A stretch of 64,000 nucleotides of DNA from the NCBI RefSeq assembly GCF_009914755.1, contig NC_060927.1; one strand, written 5' to 3'. Position 1 is the first letter of the stretch, and every line of letters begins with the position of its first letter. Below the pieces are notes generated by a model. It did no database searches. It was not told the origin of the DNA and worked only from the letters and a program-made list of their open reading frames with translations. Both the position numbers and the translations under genes were made by a program. This document shows, piece by piece, positions 25,469 through 39,445 of this stretch. The stretch comes from the human T2T-CHM13v2.0 reference genome, Homo sapiens.

Positions 25469-28189
25469 TAAGGTAGTCATGATGTGTAGCTTTATGAAGC
25501 TCTAACCTGATGCAAGCATAGAGCTTAGAAATCCTTGAGGAGTAAATGTCTTGAATGATTTTCCTTGATGTGCACTTTTCTCAGCAGGGTTTTATGTAGG
25601 AAATTTTATGTTGAACACAGTCTCTCACATTTCCTGTCGCTAACTAAAGGATGAGTCGTAGGCTTAGAGGTACTGGAATAAAAACAAGAGTTGACCTCCT
25701 GCTACGCACATTGGAAAGTCTGAGCTGTGTTTTTCCCTGGCTGGAGGGTCCCAGGCTTCTCTATGGGGATAAGCCGGGGGTCCCTTTGCCGAATACCCAC
25801 CCTCTGCCTTCTCCATGCTCAGAAGGGCTAGCACCATGGTTGTCTCTTTCAGAAGTTTCCCCTGACTATATCTCTCCCTTTTCTTTACTCTTTCCACACT
25901 TACTGACTGCACTATTTACTTGGTCCTTGAAATATACTGTACTTTATCATTTATTATTTATTTAATTTATGTGTCTTGTTTCCCTCATTGGGATAGTGTG
26001 ATGCTCAAGGGTAGAGATATTGTCCCACACTTCTTCCTATTTCCACACCTGATGCAGCAACCCATACACTAATAAAAAAAATACAAAGAGGAAGAATGGT
26101 CATCCTGCTGACTTTCCATTACTGCCCGTAGCAATGGACCTCTCACCACTCTTCAAACTAGTCTCCCTTTGGCCTATGATATTCAGCATGAGGCTACTAA
26201 CCCAGACCAGGAGCTGACCACAGGTGTGGAATATTTTCATTCCACATGAATTTCAAACCAATATGAGTCATTTCCTCTGCTTTCTTAGCATTTTCTAACC
26301 CATTGCACCCATGACTAAACATTTTTAGGACAAAATTTCCATCACAACTCATTGTTAAGCTGACTCTAAGAAGAAAACAAGGTGTAGCCCTGAAGGAAAA
26401 AAGCATCAAAAACTTGCCAGTGAGAGAAAATTAGGATTATATCGTTAGTCATATGAATGACATGTCAGCTACAATATTCCTGCTCTATAATGAGCTATGC
26501 AGAGAGATCTCTTTCTCTCTCATATAGACACACATATATATGTATGTGTGTGTTTATGTGCATTGTGTGCATCTCAAAAGACTGCTAAAATGCAATTTCT
26601 AGATGCAGTCCTTACTGATATTTTCGTCCTCTGGCAATGTAACATTTGACAGGACTGCACAATTTTGTGCTTTTGCTGCTGCAAAGCTTAGTGTTTCAAA
26701 GGCTGTGTATGAAGTGCATACAATGTGAAGCTTTTGTTCTCATCTCCTCTGAATTTCTCACAGATTATGGGCACTCAGTCCATTGGATTGGTGCTTTGTC
26801 TTCACACGATACCTTAGAAGTTTGCATATACTTCTTTTGGCTTGCTTCTAGAAAGAAGAGCATTCACTGTCTAATGTTCTTTGAAATGAAGGATTGGGCA
26901 CTTAGGCACTGCAATATGGCAGGAGCAAAACCAGCTGATTTTGTCTAAATTTTAATTTACTAGTTTTGGCTTTTGATGTTGATAATGATTGACTTGCTAC
27001 TCTTTGTTACAAAAAGAAAACCATTGTGTAGAATGCTTAGTGCAGATTTAGTATAGCCCCTTTGTTGAAGAGTGGTTAGGATTATTTAAATTCTTAAGCT
27101 GTTGCTACTTAGTATTTGGCACAAAAACTGTAGCAAAGAAGAGAGAAAAAGTAACTATTCAGCTAATTTAGACTCCACAAAGCTTTTTGTCTCATTTTAG
27201 GTTTCAATGGTTAGATCTTTTAAAACCAGTTTTCACCAAAGTTAAACTTAGCAAACTAAGGCTATCCTCATAATAAATGCGTTGTAAGTAAAGGCATTTT
27301 TTTCCCCTAGAGATTTGACTGCTTCTCTTAGCAGTTATTAGACCAATAGTCCTTTCTATAATTAAAAAATGCTATATGTATTTTTAAAAATGCCTCAGTA
27401 AAATGAGGCATTTCTTAGCCCACAAGAAGTCCATAAATGCTTCCCAGTGACACTAAATATGAAATCTTTGAAATGCTCTTTTTTAGTTTAAGTATTTTAC
27501 TGCTCTTTTTTTACTTCTGTCTTCAAAGTCAATTAGAAAAAATTTTAAATCACTTAAATATCTCTCTTCTACCATTCACTCATTCACTAAACATTTATTG
27601 GGCACTAACCATTTCTTACATAATAATTTCAAGATATCTGTGCTTGTAAAGCAGTTTTACCTTCACTTTTAATTGTACCAAAGCTTGAACATCAACTAAA
27701 CTTTTTTATAAAGACTTCAGTATTGATATATCAGTAATTTAAGTAGGATGCTGTGTAATAGTACAGAGTATTTTTAATCTGAGGATCTCAGAAATACAGT
27801 AGTAGAATTAATAAAGGCTAAGTCGGTAGTGAGAGGACATTGGTAAGTCCAAGTAGCTCAGTCTATTTAAGGTAGTGGAAAGAAATGGCGACAACATTGC
27901 AGGCCTAAAAATCCTAACTGTGTAGAGTTGCTTGGGTATCCCTGACTTTCCAAGGCAATAGAACAATATTTGATGACAATGAGAATGCTTTTTAAATGTC
28001 CCATCTTTATTCAAGCAAAAACCCAGAGGTTAGAAAATGTCAAGCTGTTTCCTTCAGGTAGGGCTGTGTGAAGGTGATGTCTTCAGTCTGCATTGTTAAA
28101 TGTCAAAGATATTAGTGGATTTTAATCATGGTCCTTATATCGATAAAAGCTGTGACTGTGGGATAATGAAACTAAAACTATTAGTGTTT

Positions 28190-28480
28190 TTAAAACCTTT
28201 TCTTATGGGAAATCTCAAACCTATTCAAAGTAAACAAAATAGCATAATGTACCCCTATGCACCCATCATCCTGCTTCAAAATGTATCAATATTCAGCCAT
28301 TCTTGTTTTATATTTGCTTCTGCCCACTTCCCACCCCTACTTTATTATTATTATTTACAGTTCTATTTTGTGAGATATAATTTACAGATATTAAAGTGCA
28401 CAAATAGCAGCTTTACAATTTTCACAAATACGTTCATTCTGTAACCCTGCCTATACCATAATGTGCAATGGGATTTATAT
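28190..28480 (-). mobile_element. Old L1M 3'-end fragments
   Basis: ATAGCATAATGTACCCCTATGCACCCATCATCC; GAGATATAATTTACAGATATTAAAGTGCACAAAT. Confidence 0.6.
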
Positions 28481-31084
28481 TTACTATTGTGGATGCGATA
28501 TATTCTGTATGTATTCATATGAGAGAGAGAGAAAAAAAAATTCTCCATCCATCTACTCCCTGATTCTTAGGCATGGTGGTTAGGTTTTATACATGGGCTC
28601 AAAAGACAACAGATAGATGAGCTTTTGTTTCCAAGTTACTAGGAAAAAATTTAATATTCATCCGAATTATAGACTCTCTGACATATCCTCTTCTTGTACC
28701 TCTTCAACATATATGTAACTATCATGAATTGGTGGAGAAAGAATCAGTGGAAGAATCTTCAGTCCCATGTTAATCCTCAGAGGCTTTTCTTTGTTAGAAA
28801 ACTGGCTGGAGTTAAATTCACATAACATTATCTGAGGCTTTTACCTAAGTGAGAAAATATTAATTTTTCCTTTTGATCTCAGTAACCCATTTTTGGGCTT
28901 TAATTCAATAGCTTAATCATACCCTTAGATTCCTATAACTTCTTCACAAATCAGGAAATTAATAAACTTCTAGTTTATCCTGATGTGTCTTAACTGTGGA
29001 AGTTGAAGTCACATAGGTATGGTTGAGTGGTAGGTGGGCCATAAAGGAATCTCTGGGGCATATTGGAGGATGTGAGTAACAGGCGGTGTGAATTGAGAAG
29101 GTTCTACTCTACTTAGATTTCCTCTTCCTAACTTTGTCAAGCCCAACCAGTTGATGATACAGATCACTACAGATGAACAAGACCTTAATTCCATGTATCA
29201 GAGATATTCACAGTATTTCTTTCCTCTGTTGGCATGGAAAATTGCAAAGTAGTACCTAGACATTTAAAAAATGAAGTCAGAATTCTTCACTAGTTGCCCA
29301 GATGGTATTACTTATTCATAGTGAGTGGTATTATGTGAGGCTGATCATTATAATTCTGCAGAAAACTGCCTATATTCCCGTGTCACTCTTGAATAATCAA
29401 AATCCAGAGCTTCAATAAGAGTGCTCCTTATTTACAAGGTTAATTCCTCCAATAATGATGTCTACAATCTCACCCACATTTCAGAGCCGAGAATTTATTG
29501 CATGCAGCATAAACTCATTGGATATGCGTGTAAATAACCTTATTAAGAATGCAATAAGAGGATATACATTACTGTTCTTTTGGATCAGAAGGGTAAACAC
29601 AACAAGAAAATGAGGTATTTACCACTAAGTTGTCCCGCTGATTTATTTTTCTGTGCCTTTTTTCATTTTGAGCCTTTAAAATGTAGGCTGCCTGGATACT
29701 CTGCCTTCACCTAAACATTCATTTCAAAATTCTAAATTTTAGAGGATGTGTGAATTGTCCCAGAGGACACAACCAGTGCCTATATGTTAACCTAAGTTCG
29801 AATTGAGATGAATGTTTCGGGTGAGAGTCAGTGAATAGCAAATCTCCTTTTGCTTTTGTGCTCCAGGTGTTTCTATTAGGATTCGATGTAACATATGATG
29901 GTGAATTTTTCCCTTCCAGTATAAACAAAACTCAATTGATCTAGTTCTAAGCAGCACAACTGTAAGTAGAGGCCAGAGCCAATGCAGAGCAAGATGTATT
30001 AACTCTTCGGCTATCTCTTGTGTATGGTCTGTATTTCCAGTTCAACTCTAAGTGCTTGGACACTAGAAAGTTGTTCTCTACTTATTTTCTTCCTAGAGAC
30101 AGCACTCAGGATCAAAATGTGCAGATGAGAATAACTCCATCAGCCAAGTGGTTTACTGGGACACAAGGTTACGTATTATATAACAGAAAAGCCATATCAA
30201 AGCTGTAATATTCTCAGAGACATTCCCCACAGAGTTACTCAGCATAGTACTATACACTTTTCCAGTCCTTGAAACAACAACATATTTTTAGGAAGATATT
30301 AGTATCTTTGAGCTTGTAACAGCTGCTGTGATATTCCTTTAACTGAAAATTATGATTAATAGATGACTATTTGCTATATTACAAGTATTGTAAAGTGGAG
30401 TAGAGTCATGAGAAAAGCGTTTGTTTTATGATAATCCCAAAGCAAGAGTCATAATAAGTGCACTTAATAATCCATACATTTCTCCAAATAAGTAGATTGT
30501 TGAGAGTTACACATTTGGTTCATTCTCTGATTTGCAGGGAAAAGATGAAGTTCCTTACCTTTTCTTTACCCAACACCCACAAGATTCCATTTTGAGTTAC
30601 CTTGCCCTATTTATACTTACCTAAGAATCTAAAGAGAAGGGTGATTTCTCAATTTTTATTGTTCCAAATCTATGCCTCATAAAAGTAGAATGTTTTAGTT
30701 GCTTAAATATTTCATTTAAATCAGATAGACATGTTGACTATCAATAGCAGAAAGGAAAGCAAGATAACTAACAGAAGGCTTGAGGTCATGTGGTATAAGG
30801 AACAAGAACCTAAAATTTGGGAGGAACAGGTCCACCTCTTCCAGGTGGCTTTGAATTCAAATGCATGAATGTAAAGTGTGTTAAATGAGACCATCAAAGT
30901 GGTAACTGCTTACTCATTGTGGTGCCAAATTATCTTCTAAACTTATACTAGCATGTTCCATCAGTGTCAGCTATAACCAGATAGACCAGTTGTTTCTAAT
31001 TCTGATTTTTTTAAATGTCTGAATCATTGGTAAAAGAAAATTTATTCTTCTTTGTCCTGTTCAATTTCTTTAAAAGAGGTCTGG

Positions 31085-31250
31085 ATTGGGGGTGAGATGG
31101 TTTTGGCTCCATTTCTTGCCCTTGGGCTAACCAGCCGGTGACCTTGGATCTTTCGCCCGTTTGGGCCTTGGTTTTCTCTTTGTTAAGTGAAAGAGTTGGG
31201 CTGTATGCTTCCCGAGATTCCTCCCAGCTCTAAAATTCTCTATTCTACAT
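31085..31250 (+). mobile_element. MIR (MIR3/c-like)
   Basis: GTGACCTTGG...GGCCTTGGTTTTCTCTTTG...CCCAGCTCTAAAATTCT. Confidence 0.6.
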
Positions 31251-32678
31251 CACTTAAAAGCTATTTTGTTTTTATTTAATTATATAATACTAATCAATGA
31301 CAATTAACTGTCTTTGGAAATGTAAGTCTGTGATGGGATCTGACAGAAACGCTTGCTTTCAAAATATATTGCTTTTATAATTAATATGACCAGGCATGGC
31401 AGTCATACAGTTGTACACTAAGGATCTCTTCACAGAAGAGATGTCCATTTGGAAAATCAGATAATTCTCAGAAAACTCAGAGAAAAGTCTAAATTAACTT
31501 TGAAACCATGCTAATAGATTGCTGTGCATCCTTCTTCACTATAGAAATAAACCTGCTGAGAAGGCTAGGTTTCTAAACCTAGAAGGGCACCCTTTTCTAT
31601 GGCATAAGCTTGACACACAACTACACAAGTTACCCTCATCTCAACCTGTAATTGCAATATGTAATTCTCAACTCTTGTTTACCAGGATTTCACCCTTCTG
31701 AAGACCTTGGGTATTGCAACTTTAGATATGTAATTGATCTTCTATTGCTTATAGTTTTGGGGTCCTTTCCTCTGTGGAATTTGTCTATACACCCTTATCC
31801 TCAGTACCAAGACATTTATATACAAGTTTTTAGGATGGACACTTCTCTAAATGGTTGATCAAATATATCGATTATGGTTAACTTCACTTGTAGAAGTTTA
31901 TATTTTGCTTACTTTCTCCTCAAATTCTAGGTAATTTTTACTAATTTCTTATGTTAGAACTTTAAAAATACCTGCTACATTCAGAAGTTCTTAAAAAATG
32001 AATGATTTTTATTCTAAACCACAGTTTAAAATGTTTTAAAAAGAATGACTACCTCTAGCCATCCTCTAATCCACTGCTGTAATTCAGAGCCTATCTTTCT
32101 CTTTGAGTGAAATCGTTCAGAATTGCATTTTCCAATTATTTATGGTGTCAACATGTTTCTTTTATTTATACAATGAGGTGGTCAGCTTGAACATATCGTG
32201 CAAATGTTATCAGAAGTAAGAGCTCAATATCAACTTCAACAAAATGAAAGTTATCATTTTTGAAGTTGTGATTACATATCCAAGTGGATGATGCTTAACA
32301 AGTTTATTCTGCAGGTTCTGTGGGAGTAGCTCATCTTGAAATGCCATTAAGGTGTGATTCTCCTCAAATTTAAGTTTTTCTCAGCACTCACATGTTAGAG
32401 ATTGAAAATTATTAAAGCATACTCTTAAAGTTGTTTTTTAGTTAATGGATGAAGCTGTGCTCCAGGGGTTTAACTGCATTATTGAACATACCTTGGAAAG
32501 AACTAAAATTGCTGAAAAGTCTTCATTCTTCCCAACTCTATTGTTTTGCAGCTGGGTAGGAATACAGATAAGTTATTCAATATTTATATAAAATAAATCT
32601 CAAATCTCACCAACTCTATAACTAATAGGTAAGTCATTTAAAATTTTTATTTCAGGTATTTATAGAAGCCTTGATTTT

Positions 32679-32682
<4 letters not shown>

Positions 32683-32727
<45 letters not shown>
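32683..32727. repeat. Pure (TA)n microsatellite, ~22 units
   Basis: Direct reading. Confidence 0.97.
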
Positions 32728-32737
<10 letters not shown>

Positions 32738-33289
32738 GCCATCCTTTATGAGTCCACTGGGATAAACAATCAATTTTTTAAAATTTACAATCTATTCTCT
32801 GCTTTAAATTAAATCAGTAGAAAGCTACAATATTCAGTTCTCAAAAAATTTCATTTCAATGATTGATTAATTTATATATTTGACTAGTATTTATTGATAT
32901 TTTGCTATTTACTAGAAACTCTTTTAGGCAGTAGTCATGAACACAGTCATGGCTCTGTACTCATGGACTGCCACAGAGTGACACAGATACCCAGTACCAT
33001 CAGGCAATGATCAGAGCTATGAAAAATAAGAGAGACATCGTTTTTAATACTGTGTTTATTGTCCTGAATGCCAACATAAGGGTTCTGGAACAGAGCAGAG
33101 TTATGATTATTTATTTATAGCAAATAATAAAATGCTGTTTTTCCTATCCTTCAGTATCCACCTTTCAGCACGATGCAATGAGGCTCAGGTGCCACTCTAA
33201 ATATACTGGGTTTGTATGAAATGTCACAGAGGCAAGGAGGAGCACCTAAACCAGACTGGGACTGGGACACATAAAGGAAGTTCAAGAAT

Positions 33290-33810
33290 TAAGTTTGTTT
33301 TTTGCTGTATGTCACAGAAACTTAAAGAAAGTGCTTTATGTTATTATTTTATCTTATTCTTTATGTAATAGTCTGCAGGCAGAAAGTCCAGGGTTGTTAT
33401 GGTGATATGATCACATCGATGTCCCAGATGCCCTCTAGCTTTTAGTTTTGCCATCCTTACACCAATGTTGTTTTCCTCATGCTCACAAGCACAAAAAACC
33501 TATTACCCTTCTAGACCTTATGTTTCAATTCTAGAAGGAGAAAAAGGGAAAAAATGAAGGGCAAAAGATACACTGAGTAGGTTTGCTCCATTTCTCAGGA
33601 AGACAGTAACACTGAAAAGCCCAACCCTGTAGTTGCCATTTACACTTATTTGTCAGAACTGGATCACACGCCCATCCTCAGATTCATGGGATTGTGGAAA
33701 GCTAAGTATTTTCAAACAGAAACATTAGCCATTAAGTTAATTTCTATTCTATTAGAAAGAAAAATTTAGCGAATAGATATTAGGAGGGCACTTAAAAATG
33801 TCTAGCACAG
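33290..33810 (-). mobile_element. Old MaLR LTR (MLT1J/K-like)
   Basis: GCAGGCAGAAAGTCCAGGGTTG...TTGTCAGAACTGGATCACACGCCCATCC...GGAAAGCTAAGTATTTT. Confidence 0.6.
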
Positions 33811-34303
33811 GGATGATTTCTGCAGAAACTGAGAATGAAAGAAAGAAAAATTATCAGCAGACCATCTAGAGACTTACAGGAAAGAGAGATTTCTTGCAAT
33901 TTAACTTTGCTTCTCAACTTTTTTTTTAAAGAAGCAATGATAAGAAACAGTCTAAAAAAAGAATGGCTGTGTTCTTTGTTTTCTGTGAGTTGCTATTAAA
34001 AACACTGTTCATATCTTAGTCAATGGTCCCTTATACACTCTTATACACTAAATCCCCTTTTCACTGTTTGACGTTTGTCCTTTAAATTTGTCACAAAACC
34101 TTTATTATATCTACTCTTCTTATTTATAAGATCCTTTAAATCAGTCTGGAAGTATAATAATAATCTAAACAAACAAATGTGATAGCATAGTGAGCTTGAG
34201 GAAACATACTTGATTCTTAAAATATTTTATTAACCAGATATCTAGTACAATGGACCCTGAGATCCTCAATAAACAGAATACACAAATGTTGACAAAAACA
34301 TAC

Positions 34304-34739
34304 TGTCTTTGTTTTCTGCTGCTACAACAGAATATGGCAGACAGGTCAATTTATACACAATAGGAGTTTACTTGGCTTATCATTCTGGAGGCTGGAAAGT
34401 TCAAGATCAAGGAGTCATATCTGGTGAAGGCCTTCTGGCTGCATCATAACATGGCAGAAGGACAATCACATGGTGAGGAAGAGCAGGTGCAAGAGACAGA
34501 GAGAAAAATAGGGGTCAGATTTATGTGTTTATCAGGAGAGTACTCCATCGTTTTTCCACCATTTGGCTAAGATAAAGTGTAGGAGGACACTCCTTGTTCT
34601 CGAGATAATGGCATTAATCTATTTATGAGGGCAGATCCCTCATGGCTTGGTCACCTCTGATAAACACCACCTCTTAATACTGTTACAGTGGCAATTAAAT
34701 TTCAACATGGGTTTTGGAGGAGACATTCAAACCATAGCA
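34304..34739 (-). mobile_element. MaLR solo LTR (MST family)
   Basis: TG...CA ends with perfect 5-bp TSD CATAC (34299-34303 / 34740-34744); TTCTGGAGGCTGGAAAGTTCAAGATCAAGG. Confidence 0.9.
34547..34582 (+). pseudogene. 3'-truncated U2 snRNA retrocopy (first ~36 nt) inserted in the MST LTR
   Basis: ATCGTTTTTCCACCATTTGGCTAAGATAAAGTGTAG vs U2 5' end ATCGCTTCTCGGCCTTTTGGCTAAGATCAAGTGTAG; flanked by AGGAGAGTACTCC / AGGAGGACACTCC. Confidence 0.8.
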
Positions 34740-37096
34740 CATACCCACACATATCACTGCCCAGAATATTTCCTGTGTAATGTAGGAATTATACAAAATA
34801 AAATTATGTTAAAAACATGTTAAACTATCAAAGATATAATCTAATTCCTTAATTTCAGATTATATGGAGTATTTGTTTCCAAATCCTTCTAAATCCTTTT
34901 GGCTTATATTTCTTAAAACTTGAGGAAGGAACACCTCCTCTGAAAAGAAGGAAAATTCCTTAGGATGAATATCAGTAAACACAATTACCTATGGAGTTTC
35001 CATTTTTTGCTGAAACAGTGATTAAAAGCTGACTTCCATAAAGCTGTTTATTTTAGTAATGCCTTACCTTGATTTCAAGGTTAGAGCTCCACTGTGGATC
35101 GAAGTCAAATAAATCTTCACAAATAAACTTGCAGGATCACATGGTTCAAGTGTGGCTATTTGGTAGTCTTGTGCCTCAGAAAGCATAGGGGATAATGGAC
35201 ATTCTTTAGGAGAAGAAATCATAACCAAGAGGCATGATTTACACAAGGCTAACAACATTGATTAGGTTTTGCACAAATTATTCTTGAGGGGTCATTATAT
35301 CTGTATGAAACTCATTTTCCAGACTACTGATCATATTCATAAAAGTAATAGTTTTAGTGTTTTACCTCCTGTTTTAATTTCATATTTGATCAATTGGAGA
35401 GTCTTCCTTTCAGTGTGAATTTTATTTCCTTTTTCATCTTGATTGCATATTGATCTGATTGGACATGAATATGTGGAACTATTGCTGCAAACTGGCTTTT
35501 CACATCTGTAGACTAGGAGTTTATGGATGCACTCCCACCCTGAGGACATTTTACTTTTTGTATTCAGATAATGAGCAAATATTTGCTTGGAGTGGAGTTC
35601 AGAATCAGTATGGGGCAAACACATGCATTACTTTACTTTTGTTTTTCTATTACTACACAGATTATTATTAGAATTACTATAATGTTAATCTTTAATTTCT
35701 CATGAAAGCCTGAAATTCTGAAAACTAGAACACCATAGAAGTGCTGTTTTCAAAAAAACATTGCTCAAAAATTTATATGCACAAAAATGCAACAGATTGC
35801 TAGCTACTCTAATATTTATTCCACCAAAAAAGAAAGAAAAAAATCATTACATCATTTACTCTGTTCTAAAGCTTGTTAGACACCTGAAGGCACAAATGAG
35901 GTAGTCTTTCAGCAACCTAACATTGGTCTTTAGAAATGGTGAAATCAGGAAGCCATTTAAAGTTTATTCCCCCCTCTATTAAGAATTCTTTTGGAGAAAC
36001 AGGAGAGTTGCTGTTTGGCACCTACAAGTGCATAGGAAACCTGCTGACTGAGAACTGGCCCAGGAATCCAAATCTTGAATGGATTTCTTGTTCATGAAAG
36101 GCTTGCTACACATGCCTGTGTTCACAGAGAGGGTAGGGAGATGGGAATGGTGGTCAGATAAAAATTCCAACAGATTTGTGTCATGCTTCAAAATGTAATA
36201 TTGTTCACCTTCCAAAATATTTATTGGACCAAATAAAAATATTATTTGACCTAATAATTGTTTATGTAAAGGTTAAAAATGTTTCAGGAAATAATTTTTA
36301 AAGGACACCAGTTTCTAAGAAAGAATTGTGTCTGCTTGCAAAATAGTCTTTTAGTGGCCTTAATATCCCCAGCTGTGTTCATTGTGGGGAAGAAATACAT
36401 TGGGTTTTAAATAACACGAAGTGGTTTCAAAAGTTTGTTTTAAATAGACAAAGTATTTAACTGTGGGAAAAAAAGATGAGAGCTGGAGGCAAATTGGATT
36501 CTATTTTTCCAAAGCTGAAAGTATGTAAAACTGTACCAAAAAACCCTTTGCCCAGCAAAATTAGCAGATGGTCTAAATCCCCTTGGGGTACACAGGCTCA
36601 ATTCAATACTTATTTGGGATTATTCATTCAAAGGGTATGATCTCTTCTGAAAATTTAGTAAGCTGGGTAGGAATAAACTGTATTACTAAATTTGAGCTTT
36701 ATAATTTTTCTAGTGTGATTTAAAAATAGTTATTTATGCTTTGGAAAAACAAGAATAACACTCACATTGGTTATTGCTGGTGTTAAACTATTTTCTTACA
36801 GAGGTAACTCTTATATGGATTGAACTTCTGGAACTGGGCTTGGTGAAGCAAGTATGATTCTATCATCTGTATTTGAGATAAAGCTGGACAGATAGTGAAT
36901 ACGTGGGAGACCAGATTTAGGTCTCCAAAAGAATCCTTCCCCCAAGAATAATGAGTCAACTCAAATAGAATGAAGTTTATTGTGAATAAATATAATTTCT
37001 TTCATTTTGGGTATGGACAAATAAAAACTAAAAATAAAATTAATTATAGGATAGGAGAGATGGAGTTTAGCAGCAGCATGTATAAAACTGGCTTGC

Positions 37097-37575
37097 TGTA
37101 TTGGTCAGGATTCTCCAGAAAAACAGAACCAATAGGGTATATCTCTGTCGATCTCAATGTCTTAATGTCTCTCTATCAATTTATATATCTATCTAGGGAA
37201 TGTTTTAAGAAAGAAATTGGCTTATGCAATTGTGGGGAAGTCCAAAATCTGTAGGGCGGACTGGCAGGCTAGAAATCCAGTGAGGGGTTGATGTATTCCT
37301 GAGCTTGAAATTGCAGCAGGTGGGAACCTCAGGTAGGGCTTCTATGTTGCAGAATTGCTTCTTTCTTGGGAAACCTCTGTCTTTATTCTTAAGGCGTTCA
37401 CATTGGATGAGGCCTATTTACATAATGGAGGGCAATCTGCTTCACTCAAAGTCTACTGATTGTAAATAACAATCATATCTAAAAACCATCTTCATAGCAA
37501 CATCTAGATTGGTGTTTGAACAAACAGCTGGGCATTATAGCCTAGCCAAGTTGACACATAAAATTAATCGTCATA
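37097..37575 (-). mobile_element. ERVL solo LTR (MLT2 family)
   Basis: TGTATTGGTCAGGATTCTCCAGAAAAACAGAACCAATAGG...AGCCAAGTTGACACATAAAATTAA; 5-bp TSD CTTGC both sides. Confidence 0.9.
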
Positions 37576-37669
37576 CTTGCTTAACAAAAATATGTTTTGG
37601 GAGGCATAGGATCTGGAATACTTAAGTAGTAGTTCTTTTCAATTCTGTGCAGTGTGCTCACTAACTCCC

Positions 37670-38060
37670 ACCTAGAGGATTATATTTGATTCTAGAACCA
37701 GACATAGAGAAGAGGATGCTGCTACACTAGCTGTAGGGTATTTAGAAGTGAACATGATATTAGGGAGGATTTAACCTATTATAAGAATGATTGAAGGAAC
37801 TTAAGTTGTTTTGCCTGAAAAATGGAAAACTTGGAGATGATGTATTAGCTGTATTCAGTTTACTGTATTGAAATATATAGTGCTGTCACACATAATTTGT
37901 ATTGTTCCAAGGAGGAAGAATAAGTAACTATAACAGAAAGATAGAGTTTACTTCAACATAAGGATGAATTTGCTGATAGTCATAGTTGCTCCAAAGATAA
38001 AATGGACTACCCCTTATCAAGAACTGTGAGCTCTGTAGCAGGTTTACAAGCACAGATTGA
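37670..38060 (+). mobile_element. L3/CR1 3' fragment
   Basis: GAAGGAACTTAAGTTGTTTTGCCTGAAAAATGGAAAACTTGGAGATGA...TCAACATAAGGATGAATTTGCTGATAGT. Confidence 0.65.
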
Positions 38061-39039
38061 CTGGTTTCATTTGACAGGGACATATGTATATATCCCTATA
38101 TATACACACATATGTGTATATATATGAGTGTGTGTGTGTGCAAGAGAGGGAGAGACACTATAAGACTATGTACATGAATGGTTAGAAGAGATTCAAGCAT
38201 TGAGGGCGTATTGGATTAATTATATGGCCGCTATCATTATTCAAATGATTTTTGAAATAATTCTATGAATTTTATTTGACATTTGAAAAATTTGAAGCCT
38301 ATAATGATTTTACATGGCTATGCAGAGCTAGAATAGAAACTGGTTTGACTTCTGCTAGACTACACCTCAGTCATCTGTCCTTTGGTGTGTATTACACTTA
38401 GTTTTTATCAAGAATATATATAGAAACAAACAAATAAATATTAATTAATGATTAAAATTAAATGTCATTCTACAGTTCACACTAAGTCATAAAATTTTTA
38501 AAAAGACTATTTTTTTAACAGTAAAATTAAATTACTAAGACCATGTTGTGTTTGTTTCTGGGAGTGGGTTCACAGTGCAGGCAATGATCTTAAGATGGTC
38601 ATAGACACTTTCTCCAAATCAATTTGAAAAGTTAATTATTTGTGTTGGAAACTTATTCATATTTATTTAGTAGCCTCATTGCTACTTATCAATAGGGTAG
38701 TGCTTATTTTACATTATTAAATGATTTTTCTTTCTTATGAAAAGTCTGTATTTTAATTTTTTAGAAAACTCCTTTATGGACAATGGTTTTATAAAATCTG
38801 TTAGACAATGACTATCCTGAAACAAAAATTAAGTATATGGTGCTTTTTATATGCTGAAAATATATACATGCAACTTTGATGCTGGGCCCAATGGACATTC
38901 CCTATAAATGGGCATACAAAACCTACTCTTTAACTCAGGAGAATGCCAGTACTGACCAGCTGGGTAGTGCTGTCCAAAAGCAATGAGATTTTAGTAGAAA
39001 ATGATCCCATAGTAAGAACATATTATTGACTTGTCAGAC

Positions 39040-39445
39040 TTCTAGATAAGGTGGAAAACTGGAAGCTCAAAGGTTTAATCCAGTCCAAATATGTGCAAAT
39101 GATTAAAAAACATGAGCAGCATATAAAATTTGGGTGATTTCAATATAAAATTCATATAAAATTTGGGTGATTTCAAATAAAAACCTTGATTGCTTTTTTT
39201 TTGTAAAAAAAATGAAGTTTCTGGCAATGTTGGATAATGTATTCCTGGATGTCAGTAATCTTCTGGAAGAGTGTAGCCAACCATTGCTGCCTTGAGGAGA
39301 GGAGGCGAGCTGTGTGCTTTCCAGTTGGACATGATTCCTGTTACTTGCTGAATGTGTTCACATGCCCATTCACCAGGTGGCTCTTATCACTTATTTATAT
39401 CACCTTCCAGCCTTGGTGGTCCTTGAAGTTTGTTTCCTGTTCTAG
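39040..39445. mobile_element. hAT-type MER element (MER102-like)
   Basis: AAAATTTGGGTGATTTC...TTTCTGGCAATGTTGG...; TTCTAGA at both ends. Confidence 0.5.

Noticed and set aside
27388-27413. 10-bp hairpin AAATGCCTCA-GTAAAA-TGAGGCATTT
   Set aside because: Too short for a pre-miRNA or MITE; plausible by chance in 64 kb of AT-rich DNA.
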